In this document: in pieces, positions 40,101 through 53,423 of the stretch
Position numbering within the stretch: the stretch's first letter is position 1
How the letters are laid out: every line of letters starts with the position of its first letter
Translations under genes and position numbers: made by a program
Notes under the pieces: model-generated
The model's database searches: none
Seen by the model: the letters and a program-made list of their open reading frames with translations, nothing else
Told to the model about the DNA's origin: nothing
NCBI GenBank assembly: GCA_002633005.1
Contig: NMRA01000012.1
Coordinates: 335,479-399,478, forward strand
Length of the DNA: 64,000 bases
Direction: 5' to 3'
DNA from: Phoronis australis
Taxonomy: Eukaryota; Animalia; Phoronida

Positions 40101-43100
40101 AAATGAAAAAATGTTCATTGAAATTATAGACACATGGTGAACAGAGACACCTGGTGGCTGCCAAAAGTATTGCTCACAGGCTACTTTAGTTTTTGGCAAT
40201 ATTGGACAAGACAACTAGTTCTTGTCTGTTAGTCATCTAAGTTCTTAACAGGTCCTCCTGGAGGCAATTTGTTTGCAAGTGTTGGATTTTATATTTTAAC
40301 CTATTAAAAATAATTAAAAAATTATGGGTCATGGGTTGGAGAAATAAATGAAAAAAACGGGCGGTGGGTATGAAATAAAAGTGCCTTCCCCCCCTCCCAT
40401 ACAGATTTTGCTGGAACAGCCCTAAGTGATTAAGATAAAAATTCTAATTTAATTGGGCCATTATGAACACAAGGCAAGCCAACCCATTGTGTGATAACTG
40501 GGTATGGTCAACCACTGCTACCACTAGGAGTCACCACTGTTTATCAATCACCAAACATTTACAGAACAGGTGATAATACCCAGCACAACCACTTTTTGGA
40601 TCAGGAAAAAATCAACAGTGGTTAAAATTTGATTTTTTACCAGAACAACAATTGGTAACCTGCATTTGTTCAGAACACAACCACCTACAATTCTTATCCA
40701 AGCGCCCCCTCTACCACAACCCCCCCCCCTTNCTTCCCATACGGATTCTACAGCAAAGTTCTTTCCTTGAACTGACATGCAAGTCATGGCGCTAACCATG
40801 TGTATACACGTAGTAACATGTCATATCTAACCATGTGTGTACACGTAGTACCATGTCATATCTAACCATGTGTGCACACGTAGTACCATGTCATATCTAA
40901 CCATGTGTGTACATGTAGTACCATGTCATACCTAACCATGTGTGTACACGTAGTACCATTACATATCTAACCATGTGTGTATACGGAGTACCGTGTCATA
41001 TCTGACCATGAGTGTACACGTAGTACCATGTCATATCTAACCATGTGTGCATACGGAGTACCATGTCATATCTGACCATGAGTGTACCCGTAGTACCATG
41101 TCATATCTAACCATGAGTGTACATGTGGTATCATGTCATATCTAACCATGTGTATACACGTAGTACCATGTCATATCTGATCATGTGTGTACACGTAGTA
41201 CCATGTCATATCTGACCATGTGTGTACACGTAGTACCATGTCATAGCTGACCATGTGTGTACACGTAGTACCATGTCATATCTAACCATGTGTGTACGCG
41301 TAGTACCATGTCATATCTGACCATGTGTGTACACGTAGTACCATGTCATATCTGACCGTGTGTGTATACGGAGTACCGTGTCATATCTAACCATGTGTGT
41401 ACACGTAGTACCATGTCATATCTGACCATGCAGATATCAAGTTTGCTTCATGTAGTTCTGTAATTAATACTAACATCAATATCATACATACCACACAGCC
41501 TGTTGCACACCGCAGGAATGAGAGAACTTTAACTGACAGAGGGGCGGAGCCACTGATGAGGAGGCGAACATTACCACCAAGTGTCTCCTGCACTTTTTTG
41601 AACACCAATTTGTCCCATATTGTGTTTTTGGAAATGACTTGTCTGTAACCAATAGAATACTTTAATCATTAGTAGTTCCATAAGCTAATAATTTTTTCCT
41701 TCCATCAAGCACATTAAGTAGTCACGTTTCATAGTTTACAATGTCCACTTAGTGTCCCAAATAGTGTTTTTGGAAATGATTTGTGTGTAAGCAAAAGAAC
41801 ACATCTGTTCATTAATATTTCCAGAAGTATCGTTTTCCCTTCCACAAAACCACATTAAGTAATCATGCTTAACAGTCAAGGAAAACTCAAAGGTATTTCT
41901 AGCACGAATGCTCTGGTGAAAACAAACTTTCATGTAGTGCCATTACCTTCCCAAGTCATGGTTCTGTAGACACATGCACAACATACCATGTACATGGAGC
42001 ATCAGAGCTTTGATAGCAATGTCCCCTCAATACGTACATATGTCTACCCTAAACTCCAAAATGGCAACTTCCTTAATTTACCACCATCACTATTCAACTA
42101 CTGATGATACAATGATCAAAACACAGATCTAGTTGTTGCATACCTCTGCAGGTCCCTTTGTTTGAATCTGCAGGCGAGATTAAACAGACACTTTTTCACA
42201 TTACTTTGGCTCACAGTATTCATCACTTGGTCGTACACTCGGTTCAGCAGTCTTGGTACGCTGGGGAAGATGGTCGGCTTTAACACCTTAATGTCGTCCA
42301 CCAGTTTCTTCACATCTCCTCGGAAAAAACCAATGGAACCGCCAACAAAGAGTAGTGCACCCTGCAAGTTGAAACAGAGAATTCATCTCTACATTTTACC
42401 GATAACCTTTTAATAAAGTATCACCAAAAGTTATTTATAATAAAAGAAAAAGTAAATACTTAAAATGGAAAATGCTCCTGTCAGCATGACCATATTAGGC
42501 CAAAAACTATTAAGTAGCAAAACTATAAAAAGATGTTAATACCAATGCTACAACTGTTTCACAACCTGGATTAAACTAAGCAGGAGAATTTGAGACGTGG
42601 CCCACGAAATGGCGACACAAACTCTTCATTTATTTCATTGAAATTACAATTTTTGCGAACTGTGAATTTTCGAAAAAATGCACTTGCTCCTATAACATTA
42701 GAAAACATGAAAACACAGCTAAAAATTGATGCATGACCAATGAAAAACATGACAAGAGCTGAAGGCTAAAAAAAAACACTAACACCAAGCTCTGAAATAA
42801 GCCATTGTAACTGACCTGCATCACTCGTTCATAGCCATGTGCCATAGGCAAGTAGGATATGACGATATCATCAGGGCCTACATCAATAGACTTGCCTAAC
42901 GTGACCAGACAGGCTGATATTGTTGCAACTAAGTTCTTGTGAGTCAACATGGCACCTTTGGGGTTACCTAAACAGACCGGCAATCACAGGATAACAATAA
43001 ATCTTAAGATGTTGATTGGAGACTTGTGAAAGATGGTTCATTATTATCAACCACTCCAAACACACACTGAGAGGGAAGGGGAAACAACCGAGGTACAATG

Positions 43101-46100
43101 GTCAAGATTTCAGAAAATGTAACCAAAAATCATCTGTATGGAGACAAAAATTAGCATTACGTAAGACCTCATTGCGTGGGAGGAGTGAGAAAGAGAGGGA
43201 ATGTCATATAATCATATATCGGGTCAAGCGAGAACAGTGGAAAAAACAACGGATGCGATATCACTTAAAGAAAACTGTGTAACATCAGTCTAAAACAAGT
43301 TAATTTTCTTAAGAGCATTGATTGTGAAAGGCTAAAACTGTAAGAAAAAATACTTCAACGTTCTGAGTATCGGGTAAATCAAAAACATATTTCCACACAA
43401 AGGCTGCTCTTTAGAGATATTTATCCCCATAGAATGTATCATTAACAGAAACAACTATTCACAACTTAAATGGAATTGAAACCATATCGTCAAACCTATG
43501 GTTTTGCATGCATCCAAGCTTTTCCACTTGTCATTGACAATTGTATAAAGTCAACAGACTCGAAAGACCAAAAACACGACTAGTTCGCAAAACCGTACGC
43601 CAGTAAGCAGATATCAATTATCTTCATTTTACTCAGGCTACCAGTAGTTTAAAACAACATAGATACTGCAGTTCCACCAAGCCTACCGGTTGTCCCGCTA
43701 GTGTAGCATATCAAATACAGGTCATCAGGCTTTACTGGCTGAAATATAAGGTAAACATGGGAAATTAGTACAACCAATGGTATGCAAAACTTGTCATGCT
43801 AGAAATGAAACAATAATTCACCATCTGATATACTACAGCTCTGATTGAAATATTGATAGAGTATTAATGAATTGTATTTCACATGTTTCATATTCCAATT
43901 CCTGAAAGACAGGAGGGAGTACTTATGAAAGTTGATTTCAAGACTGACAATACGTGATTTCTCTTACAGCAATGTGCAGCTGCCTACAGCAATGTCCAGC
44001 TGCCTACAGCAATGTGCAGCTGCCTACAGCAATGTCCAGCTGCCTACAGCAATGTGCAGCTGCCTACAGTAATATACAGCTGCCTACAGCAATGTGTGCA
44101 GCTGCTTACTAACCTTGATTGCAAGAGGATTCTTTACACCATTTTCCTGAAATAAGTTTTTAAAAATACTTTAATCAAGAAAATCATGTTGAAAGAATTA
44201 CTGACTGATTTGACAACAGCTGTTATTTTTATAGTTAGTTTAAAGTCAACAGAGCAATGTTTCCATGTATGCAGTGCACACAGTATCTGAGCAATTTCTG
44301 ACAAATTGATTTAAGTGGAACTTGCAGGTTAACTCTTTATCTCTGTGAATGCTTGGACAAATTAGTTAGAAACTCAACATATAGCGACAATGTGAATTTG
44401 AAGTAGGTTGAAAATTGCCAAATGTTTTTGAGAACGAGTTTTGTTGCGAATAAGATCCACCGCAAATCACTGAACTGTGTCTAGTAAGTATTGTAACGAG
44501 GTGCTGGGGAATAACACTGCATGATGTGGGCTATGTGAGCCCGCAAGGTACGACATTAGTGCAAAGGTCACCTATTTACAGAATTTTTTGTTTTCACATT
44601 TTCAAGTGGTCAATGAATACAGCTGCTGCAATTTGTTTAGCATAGATTATGTTAAAATAGTAATGTTGTAGTTCCTGCCATACCTTAGCATAGTTCGAAG
44701 AATCTTTAATGTCTGTTACCAAATAAACTCTGTCACAGGGAATAATAACCCATAGGGGAACATGGGGAGTGGTCAGACTCTTCACTCCACATGTTATAGT
44801 GGTCAGACTCTTTACTCCACATGTTATAGTGGTCAGAATCTTCACTCCACATGTTATAATGGTCAGACTCTTCACTCCACATGTTATAGTGGTCAGACTC
44901 TTCACTCCACATGTTATAGTCGTCAGACTCTTCACTCCACATGTTATAGTGGTCAGACTCTTCACTCCACATGTTATAGTGGTCAGACTCTTCACTCCAC
45001 ATACTATAGTGGTCAGACTCTTCACTCCACGTGCTATAGTGGTCAGACTCTTCACTTCACATGCTAAAGAAATTATGGATAGCAAGAAGTTATATGAGCC
45101 GGAAGGCACAGGAAGGATTTACATTTTATACTATAATTGTCCTCACCTCAATGTCTGCAAACTGTAGCATGTTTATGTTCAACCGTTTGGCCTCAGCCAG
45201 GTTCTCATCAGACACTTCATCCATAACAATGATAGTGCGCAGTGTTTTAGTATCTCCTGCGCGCTCCAGTAGAGCTGTAACTTTCTCATTTTTGTCACAT
45301 ATCACACACTGTATGTCAGCTGAAACAATGAGATAATGAAGTCAAATCCAAATCTCAGTTCATTAATTCTACCTCCACCTCACAATAGTGATGAGGGTGA
45401 CAACATGTTAAATAATGTTCATACATTTAATTAACATTCAGTCTTGGTCTACAACCACTATGATAAAGTGGGCTTTCCAATATTGTACATTCCCATAATT
45501 TAGTCAGACTGACCCATTCCACCAGAATACTGCAGTCCATTTCCAACAGGTAGCTATGTAACATTACAAGTGAGAAGGTCAACCGCTAATGGTCAGTAGA
45601 ATCTAATTCAAACTATTGCACAAAACTTGAGCAGCATAAGAAAAACAGGATTTGGGTATTTTGAGACTTCCGGTAATTTACTTGCGAATTTGTGGACACA
45701 CTGTCTACATGTATAACGCAAATATACACTGCACTCAGCTTGTGCACTGTCAAACTCACAAAATTTCACCATCAACCAAATATATCCGTCTCACAGAACA
45801 AAATCCTCCAAAGACTGAGATCATTAAGGAATGCAGGTTGGAATACAAAACAAGTAATCCACTGCAAGCCTCAAGACACCAGCTTACCTTGGTTTATGAT
45901 GTAGGTGCATGCATTTGGTCCCAATGTATCATACAGAGGAACTGAGGCACAGGAATACATGGTGAAAGCTACTTCAGCTATTAGGTACTGAAATATACAA
46001 AACAAGAAATCACAATCTATGGTTTAAAAGGTCATTTTAATACCAATAATACAGTTTGTATTCATTAACATTAAAAAAAGCTTTAATACGGTGAACAACA

Positions 46101-49100
46101 TTACGCGCTTGAATTGGGAATGTATGTGGTCTTGCACAGGATCCACCAAATTGTGTTAAATAATGACATATCATATTCTAACTCAGTATTCAAGAATCAC
46201 TGACCACAGGGAACAGTCAAGCACTATAAACAACTGTAAAAAGCTACGACAAACTCTAGACTATCAAATTTAATGAGAACTCAGTACTCAGTCGATCATA
46301 TCTTCACCCAAATGACAAACGTCAAACGAGTCATCACTTAAGTCCAAACATCCTTCAAATTGTACACAAGTTCATCTATGAAACAACCACGCTACATTTT
46401 GCCATACATCTACATAGTTACATCTTCACAGATGCTACTGGGGGAAAATTTAGTGGAAAGAAATCCTAAATCAATTCAATCTATCAAAATTTCCTTGGAG
46501 AGCGGAGCCTGACTTACCTCAGGTTTGTTCTGGCAATATACACCAATAAGCACTGTGTCGACTTTAGGTGAAGGGTCTAGATTCAACTCCATCAGGCCTG
46601 AGCCAAAGTTGGACGCTCGTGTCAAAACCTTTAACAAGGACAAACAAAACCAATGTTACAGAGTTTCATAACCTTCACGCATCTCACTTAACAACGCTTT
46701 AAAACCAAGTGTAATTGATATCCATATCATAGTTTAATAGGCCACTGAAATACTTGAATGAACAAAGAATTTGTTTGGTCATAGCTTCTTATCATACAAG
46801 CAAGTATCAGTGGTACGACCAAACACTGTTAGTCAACAGAACCACAGTTACGTTTTCAAATGATGCATACATGCCCTTAAGCACTTTCAAGACGTGTAAA
46901 GTTTCATCTTTCAGATCCTGGTCAAATAACATTGTGATGTTTTCTCACCAAAACTACACAGCGGTTGGGCTAAATCCAAATCTCTTGTTCAAACTTACAT
47001 CACTATAAGACAACCAGCTGTACTCCTCATTCTCACTGGGACGCCAGCCAGCACATCGACCATTATCTGTTGAAAAACAATCCACTTACGTTATGCAGAA
47101 ACATATGACAAAAGTCATATTTAAAATGTCAGCATAAATAACTTCTGTGACTGAGTACTTCTTGCATAAGTTTGAGGCTCTTTGATTTTCAAACATGTTC
47201 AATAATTATACTGCACATTGACACTTTATTCAATTTACATGAACGTCTAACACAACCATTGTCACATGCTTTATTATTTTCTTAAGGGACCATTCACAAT
47301 CATCGGTATTCTCATGAGCGTACAGACTGTATGCTTTTTGCAGGAGGGAGTCGGTGCTTACTGCTAGCAGACGCTTTTGACGTCATAAAAATGGCTCCAT
47401 CAAACGTTTAAAGAAGTTTTTCCCATCGTATAAACATAATGAGACAACCTTTAGCAAAACTATTGGCAAAATCCACCCATGTAAAAACAACACATCGGAA
47501 GAATTCTTTGAAACCAATGTTTTTGTTTTATTTCGCATCACTGTACAAACATTGGCTTTTAACTTTGAAGAACACTTGCATTTTAGCTGATACAAAAACA
47601 TCGAACTTATAAAAATATCGCTATTTTTTAATGCTCTTGGGGGGAGAAGGAAGGGATGGTAAACGTCTACAGTTAGTGCACCCGTGAAAATGGTGTAAAT
47701 TGTGAGCATATATAACAATCATCATCAAACACTTTATTATTTAATTTTTACAAATTAATATGTATGATAAACATGTTCACAAACCACAGAATTCAACTCA
47801 CATGAACACGTTGTTAGAAGAAAATCATCATCGCACGACGCATCCAATCTACATCGAAGTGCATTTTGCCTTGCACTAACATTTTTAACAATGATTCAAA
47901 TATTCATACAAACCAAGTTTTCGTAGCGATTTATGAAACATTAATAAAAAATGTTCTTTCCTTTCTTATCATAAAATTGATCATGTCCAAAAGTCTTTCG
48001 GGGGTTTTCCCACAAAAGGTAGGACTACCTATGAGCCACCAATACAGTTTGTTTCTTGAAATTTTGGGATTGACATTGGTGTTTTTTTTTTCTAGCAATA
48101 CTTGAACTGAAATAGATTTTTTTTTAATTTTATGTATTTTGAGTATAAAAGGCATTGACATAGGTGGGCGACACATTTTGAAAATTTATAACAAAGTACT
48201 AAGTAGACAACCTTCCACTTTTTAATCCTTTTGACACAACCCTCAACACAAAATTATGTCTACAAAAGCCTCCATGCTAGTATTCAAATAATGTACAGCA
48301 CCAGATGGCATGCATGTGCCATTTGGATTTGTTTCTCTTTAATTGTCGTGCTCTCCATAGCGAATACTCACTCGACAGTCTTGCGCCCCTGCAGATCACA
48401 TCATACATCGTCTGCACCTCAGGGTCCATTGTCTCCAACAAGACATCATTCTCACACAGAGGTGACTTATAGGCATAGGGAATGCCCTGCAAATACAAGG
48501 AACACCAGTGAATGGGTGCAGCTGCATCAAGTAATTTTGTTTAGCAGCTAACTTGGCTCCTTAGGTAAGAAAGCGAAAGTTTTAACGGAGTGTTGTCTTA
48601 GACCACGCTGTAATTTGTTTAATTTTCATAACTTCTGTCTACGTAGAAAAGTTGTTGATTATTGCAACGTCATAAAACTGCTTTGACGAGGTGATATAGC
48701 CACATCATTTCTAAAATCTATTCCACCTATTTACACCGACCTCTAGTCTATTTACATTGGAACGACATGATGTCCATCTTCAGGTGTTGCAGTGTTCGTA
48801 GAAAAATGTGCATAATAAGTGCTATACCCAATGACGAGCGCTTGCTTGGAAATGTTGAACCACGCCTCAAGGAAAAATAATGCTACAAGAACAACGCGAA
48901 GCATTGACAGAGAGGCATCTATGACTTCATCACAAATTGTATCCTTTTAGAAGTGTATATTACCAGTAGTACCATAAAAATGGCCACCATATGACACAGA
49001 ATATGTTTAACCCGCCCATGGAAAGTTATCATAGCCTCTCAAGTAGAAATCGATTTGTCAAATTTCATAAAAATCCGTCAAATAACACCAAAGATAGTGA

Positions 49101-51584
49101 GGCAAACATAAAAAATCAAAGTGCCACTGGAGGCCCAACAAAAGTCGGATCCGTCCATTTGTTGTCACGTCAATAGGAATGCATTTGACAAATTTCAAAA
49201 AAATCATATGAGGAAATTAGGAGATACAGTCGCAGATGCAAAAACGACCCCTATGGGCACCAAAGAAATCATGCTCACCGGAAAATCCAAGTCAGTCACA
49301 CTAATGTTGGTAGGAACTCATCTTACATTTTCCCTTTTGATTGTCAGAGGTTGATGTCAAATACTTAAAATAGCCACTAGGTGGCGGAGTTCGTAAAATA
49401 CATCCCAAAATGCAGAGGCACCAAATTTCACCATCAAGGAACTATAAAGATACAGAGGCCAGTGCATCCCCTGGGTTCGGAAAGGAGCACAGTGGTGAAT
49501 GGTCCCAGTGGGATGCAAAGCTTGTTGCCACATGCGAGTTTGGGAAGAGGCAACCCTTCATTGCCGCGGCTTCGAAAGGAAAGTGGTGGTGAATGGTCAC
49601 AGCAGATGCCAAGCCCAGCGCCGCAATGAAATGTCATTGTGCGATTTCAGTGTATGAAGAGTTTTGTTAACATTCTGACGTAAACGTTTTTCAATTAACA
49701 ATTAAAGCCACGTTAGGAAGCGGACACGCCAGGACAGGGTTTCAGACTACTCATTAAAATTGAATTTTCTGGCTCTAGGCACAAACACAGAACGAATAAA
49801 ATATTTGAACCTGTTTACACCTAATGAACTAACTTGCATAATGAAACTTCCATTAATATCGTTTATTGTATATTCTTGTTCAATGTAAATTTGTTGGATG
49901 GACGTTAGCCAGCATAGCAGACGATTAATTCATCAATTCCATGCAGACAGTTACTGAGAGACTGAACTATGGTTCATTAAAGTTTAAACTATTGTATGAC
50001 CTCTTTCTTAAATGCGAACATAGAAAAATGAATAAAATTTATCATTTCTCCACACACTTCATCAGTGCTCACTGGTGCTTCGACATCTAAGAAAACTAAT
50101 GTCAAGTTCTTTCCTTGGTCCTCGACTGTATTCAACTGCTCTGCATTGTCAGACAACCAGGCAGTACTGAATGTCGGTCAGGTCACTAAGAGCGCCTGAG
50201 GAAAGCAGGAGATAAAATGGATATCCTTAACAACCAGAAAAGCTCAAAATCCCACTTAAAATTGTTTTCCCGTTCTATCCACAAACATCGACAGTAGCTA
50301 TGTGACTTGGGTGTAGTGTATTCACTTTTGCCAGCAATTTTTGCGTAGCGGTGAAGTTTTTCAGTCAGATTAGGTGTGTGGAGGTAAATTTGAGTAAGAT
50401 TACAAGTTGTGGGACCACAAAGGAGTGAGGTGGACCATCCATAATTTTACACACATAGGAAACTAGGAAACACTACAGAGGCAAATGTAAAAAACATAAA
50501 TTGCTGTTAAAAAGCACAGCAGTAGTCAGATCTGTCCAAGTTTTGTTAAACCATTGTCTCATTCACAGGAAGACAATCACCAGATTTACACTAAGATCCT
50601 GTACAGGATTAAGGACACACATCTACAGATGACAAGTAATCAAACCCATCCAAAAACCTACGCTAGCTATGGTGTTCTCATCGGGAACACATCAGCCAAT
50701 TTTCATAACGATCGTTTGAGTGGTTTGGCTAATAGAGGCAGACATCAAAAACGGACTTGAAAATAACAAAAATGGCTACCAGGTGGCCTAGAATTCATCA
50801 AACCATGCAGAAATGAAAACTCATTGTTGCCTCCTTGAAAGAAATCAAATTTTCATGAAAATCCAGCAAGGAACTCTGAAGATACAGAGGCAAGCATAAA
50901 AGGCAATAATTGCCACAAAGACGCCACAGAGGAGGTCTGATTGGCCCAAAACTCATCACTGTCTACCACCAGCTTCATAGGAACACATCTGCCAAATCTG
51001 ACTGAGATTCTGCAGCAGAGGATGCCCTTACAGAGCAGACAGCAATATATACCAAAATACACAAATATTCTGTCCCTAGGTAAATAGGTTAGAAGTTGGT
51101 GTTGGACCAATAGAAAAATGATATTGATTACTGTAATGACAAAGGTTTTTCAATTTAGGTCACAAGAGAGTGAACAGAACTTAGTTCAGTCAAATTTATA
51201 ACAAATATTAAAAAGGTTAAAATAATGTCATCGATGAAGTAATCACTCAGCGTTTATTTTACCGTAGATTTCTGGCATAAGACAATTCCACGACAGAACT
51301 TTATCCCCTTACAGTAGAATGACTTTCGATGGGTGATTATGTTATCTTGTGACTCTTCTGAATTAACAAGATTACTACATAAACCAATAAAGAAAGCATT
51401 TGTACTTTGTTACAATGTTGTAACAAACAGCTATTACCTTTGCCGGTACTGACTGTGCTTTAAGGTCAACTGCGAGAGGAACAGGTCTACTCCGCTGCAT
51501 TATTAGTAAGGCTGTTGCAGAAGCTGCTACCGTAAGACCAGCGACACCTATAGGCCCACCAAAATACTGCAGTAGCAAGTCCAT
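31045..51584 (-). CDS. ACSL: Long-chain-fatty-acid--CoA ligase (ACSL1/5/6-like), whole gene, 18 coding exons, about 689 aa
   Basis: All introns GT-AG and phases consistent. AMP-binding motif [59 protein letters not shown] and NGLLTPTFK. Confidence 0.96.
31726..31797 (-). CDS. ACSL: ACSL coding exon 17
   Basis: [24 protein letters not shown]|gtgagt. Confidence 0.92.
32717..33167. mobile_element. Foldback MITE with about 200 bp arms
   Basis: caaggtacctaaactacacgg...ccgtgtagtttaggtaccttg; left arm recurs at 53424-53600. Confidence 0.85.
33748..33852 (-). CDS. ACSL: ACSL coding exon 16
   Basis: [10 protein letters not shown]...KKLCQDE|gtcagt. Confidence 0.92.
34390..34533 (-). CDS. ACSL: ACSL coding exon 15
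   Basis: [31 protein letters not shown]...HGDSLQ. Confidence 0.94.
35245..35361 (-). CDS. ACSL: ACSL coding exon 14
   Basis: [13 protein letters not shown]...[13 protein letters not shown]. Confidence 0.94.
36215..36303 (-). CDS. ACSL: ACSL coding exon 13
   Basis: (G)[29 protein letters not shown]. Confidence 0.93.
36372..38535. repeat. 44 bp satellite, about 49 copies, in an ACSL intron
   Basis: ggataaccaaaagggtgtctgtactgtgtagataccaattgaca. Confidence 0.97.
38695..38767 (-). CDS. ACSL: ACSL coding exon 12
   Basis: [24 protein letters not shown](G). Confidence 0.93.
39603..40422. mobile_element. Non-autonomous DNA transposon, PIF/Harbinger (Tourist)-like
   Basis: TIR gggctgttccag(t/c)aaaatc..tgggagggggg / ccccctcccatacagattttgctggaacagccc flanked by TAA on both sides; further TIR relics near 39196 and 40720-40755. 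Confidence 0.75.
40792..41429. repeat. 35 bp minisatellite, about 18 copies
   Basis: ctaaccatgtgtgtacacgtagtaccatgtcatat. Confidence 0.95.
41492..41642 (-). CDS. ACSL: ACSL coding exon 11
   Basis: [36 protein letters not shown]...GCV|gtatgt. Confidence 0.93.
42144..42361 (-). CDS. ACSL: ACSL coding exon 10
   Basis: [16 protein letters not shown]...[18 protein letters not shown]. Confidence 0.93.
42816..42967 (-). CDS. ACSL: ACSL coding exon 9 (gate motif)
   Basis: [11 protein letters not shown]...[15 protein letters not shown]|gtcagt. Confidence 0.93.
43687..43738 (-). CDS. ACSL: ACSL coding exon 8 (P-loop)
   Basis: [17 protein letters not shown](G)|gtaggc. Confidence 0.93.
43965..44109. 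repeat. 20 bp minisatellite, about 7 copies
   Basis: tacagcaatgtgcagctgcc. Confidence 0.93.
44114..44146 (-). CDS. ACSL: ACSL coding exon 7 (33 nt)
   Basis: tttcag|[11 protein letters not shown]|gttagt; phase 0-0, fills the expected gap before the P-loop exon. Confidence 0.8.
44769..45065. repeat. 30 bp minisatellite, about 10 copies
   Basis: gtggtcagactcttcactccacatgttata. Confidence 0.95.
45147..45319 (-). CDS. ACSL: ACSL coding exon 6
   Basis: [10 protein letters not shown]...LRTIIVMD...FADIE|gtgagg. Confidence 0.9.
45888..45987 (-). CDS. ACSL: ACSL coding exon 5
   Basis: YLIAEVAF...[18 protein letters not shown]|gtaagc. Confidence 0.92.
46518..46628 (-). CDS. ACSL: ACSL coding exon 4
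   Basis: [13 protein letters not shown]...[10 protein letters not shown]|gtaagt. Confidence 0.9.
46999..47066 (-). CDS. ACSL: ACSL coding exon 3
   Basis: (N)[22 protein letters not shown]|gtaagt. Confidence 0.9.
48372..48486 (-). CDS. ACSL: ACSL coding exon 2
   Basis: [10 protein letters not shown]...[15 protein letters not shown]|gtgagt. Confidence 0.88.
51438..51584 (-). CDS. ACSL: ACSL coding exon 1 (hydrophobic anchor)
   Basis: [29 protein letters not shown]...QSVPAK|gtaata; acceptor at 51605-51606 implies an upstream UTR exon. Confidence 0.82.
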
Positions 51585-53423
51585 TTATAGAATGACTTCA
51601 GCACCTGAAACACAACAAAAAGATGTCAGCATGTTGTTAAACCCAGGGAGTTCCCTTTCACGTAATGGGTAGCAGGCGGCTACAAATTTCAAACCAATCA
51701 CTATGCAAATACCAGGGATGCGCGTGGTAGACCAACTTCTTTGCAAGAATAACAAAATCATACAAATCTTCGTGAGATATCACCATACAGTACAAGCACA
51801 TAGGCAAAATTTTCTTGCAATCATCTTGGGTGTCCAACACAATATCAAATGATGAAAAAAATATCCAGAACAATACCATATTTGCCAACTCCCCCCGCCC
51901 CACCCAGTCCCCATTCATTTATCCCATCTACCAACTAAAAGACCCACGATTTACATCTTAAATCCATAAGACCTACTCAATCAATACACAACTACCAATC
52001 AAGATGATACCTGAACCCAGCACCTTACCTAACGGTATAAAAGTCTTACCCCTGCAGGTGTCATTTCACTATGAACCCCTCAGATGAATGACCAAGCCTA
52101 CTCACGAAAAAAGCATTTTCTGCCTCTTAATCAGTAAACAAACAACTCAACGGATAAAATAAACAACACAATTAAATTCCAAGTCATCAACAAACCTGTT
52201 CAATAATTAACAACTGCCTTCATCCAATGTTATATTCCCAAAACAACTCATCAGATGTTTGTAATGACAAATGATGATACAGTGATCAACTAAACCAGGG
52301 TTCAACCAATGAATGAACTGTTCAGTATACTGGTACACATGCTAAACAGACAAGTGGGACTTTAACCCAGGAGACAGAGCTCAACCTTTGGACACCATAA
52401 TCTTGAAAATACTTCAATAGACCCACCAGGCTGACAGCGTGATTTATATAAACTTAATAAAAAACAATGATAAAACAGTCTGTGTTTACCAAAGTAAACA
52501 TGTGAAGCATTATACTACATTTTGTTTGAAACTGCTAGAGCACAACTCACAGAATTAGTCTTAATATAAGCACTAACTAAATTTCATTCAAATTCATCAC
52601 TGCATTCCTTCAGTTTGTAAAACCTGGGTTCAGTGTCACAAGAGGCGACTTTAAAGACTGAAATTTGGTCTTGGGTTCCAAACGATTATTTCTGAAAAAT
52701 AATTAATCTCATTTGAGAAGAAGTGCAGTCTCTGAGATCATACAAATACTGGTGTAACTGCAACTTACTGAGGAATTTCTATCAATTACTACAATACAGT
52801 GGTTCAACCTTTTTTCAGCAATTATGAAGAGGGACCAACTTTCTGTCAACCATAAGTCTCAAGTCACTTCCATATATGTGTACAGTACGTCATCATTCCT
52901 AAGAAAACTTGCAAATGGTCCACAGTTCTGGCCCACAAGAAAAGTTGTTGATTCCTTGTGTACTATGAGAAAATGTGCCACGATTGCAATAAAGTCCACC
53001 ATGGAAATTAGAACACCATGTAAAATTTGCTGCTGTTGGTTCATCAATTGTTTTCCATAAAACAAGAAACATTTTACTTTTATCCTAATAAGTGAGAGGT
53101 GACTACAAGATTAGAACAGCCTTCATGATGAGTGCAAGCCTAGCTAATGATCAGGTCAATGATTTTGTACAAACGGGCTTTGTGAACACAGCCTGCTCAT
53201 GGACACGAGCAACTAACATTTTCTAAAACAAGTATTAAACTAAATATTCTTTAAAATGTCAAGTATGAACATAGTAATCACTGAACTTCACATTTTCAGC
53301 AAAAATTTGAGCTCTTAAATAGCAAACCCCATAATGAACCCTTGACAAAGTTGGTAAGGTAATTTTCATGAACAACTTACATTCCATGTGGAGAATTTCT
53401 CCCTTACACTGGTCACCCTTACA

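Noticed and set aside
42816-42967. Possible mutually exclusive gate exons as in vertebrate ACSL1/ACSL6
   Set aside because: The gate motif [11 protein letters not shown] lies inside one larger exon, and I saw no second copy in the flanking introns.
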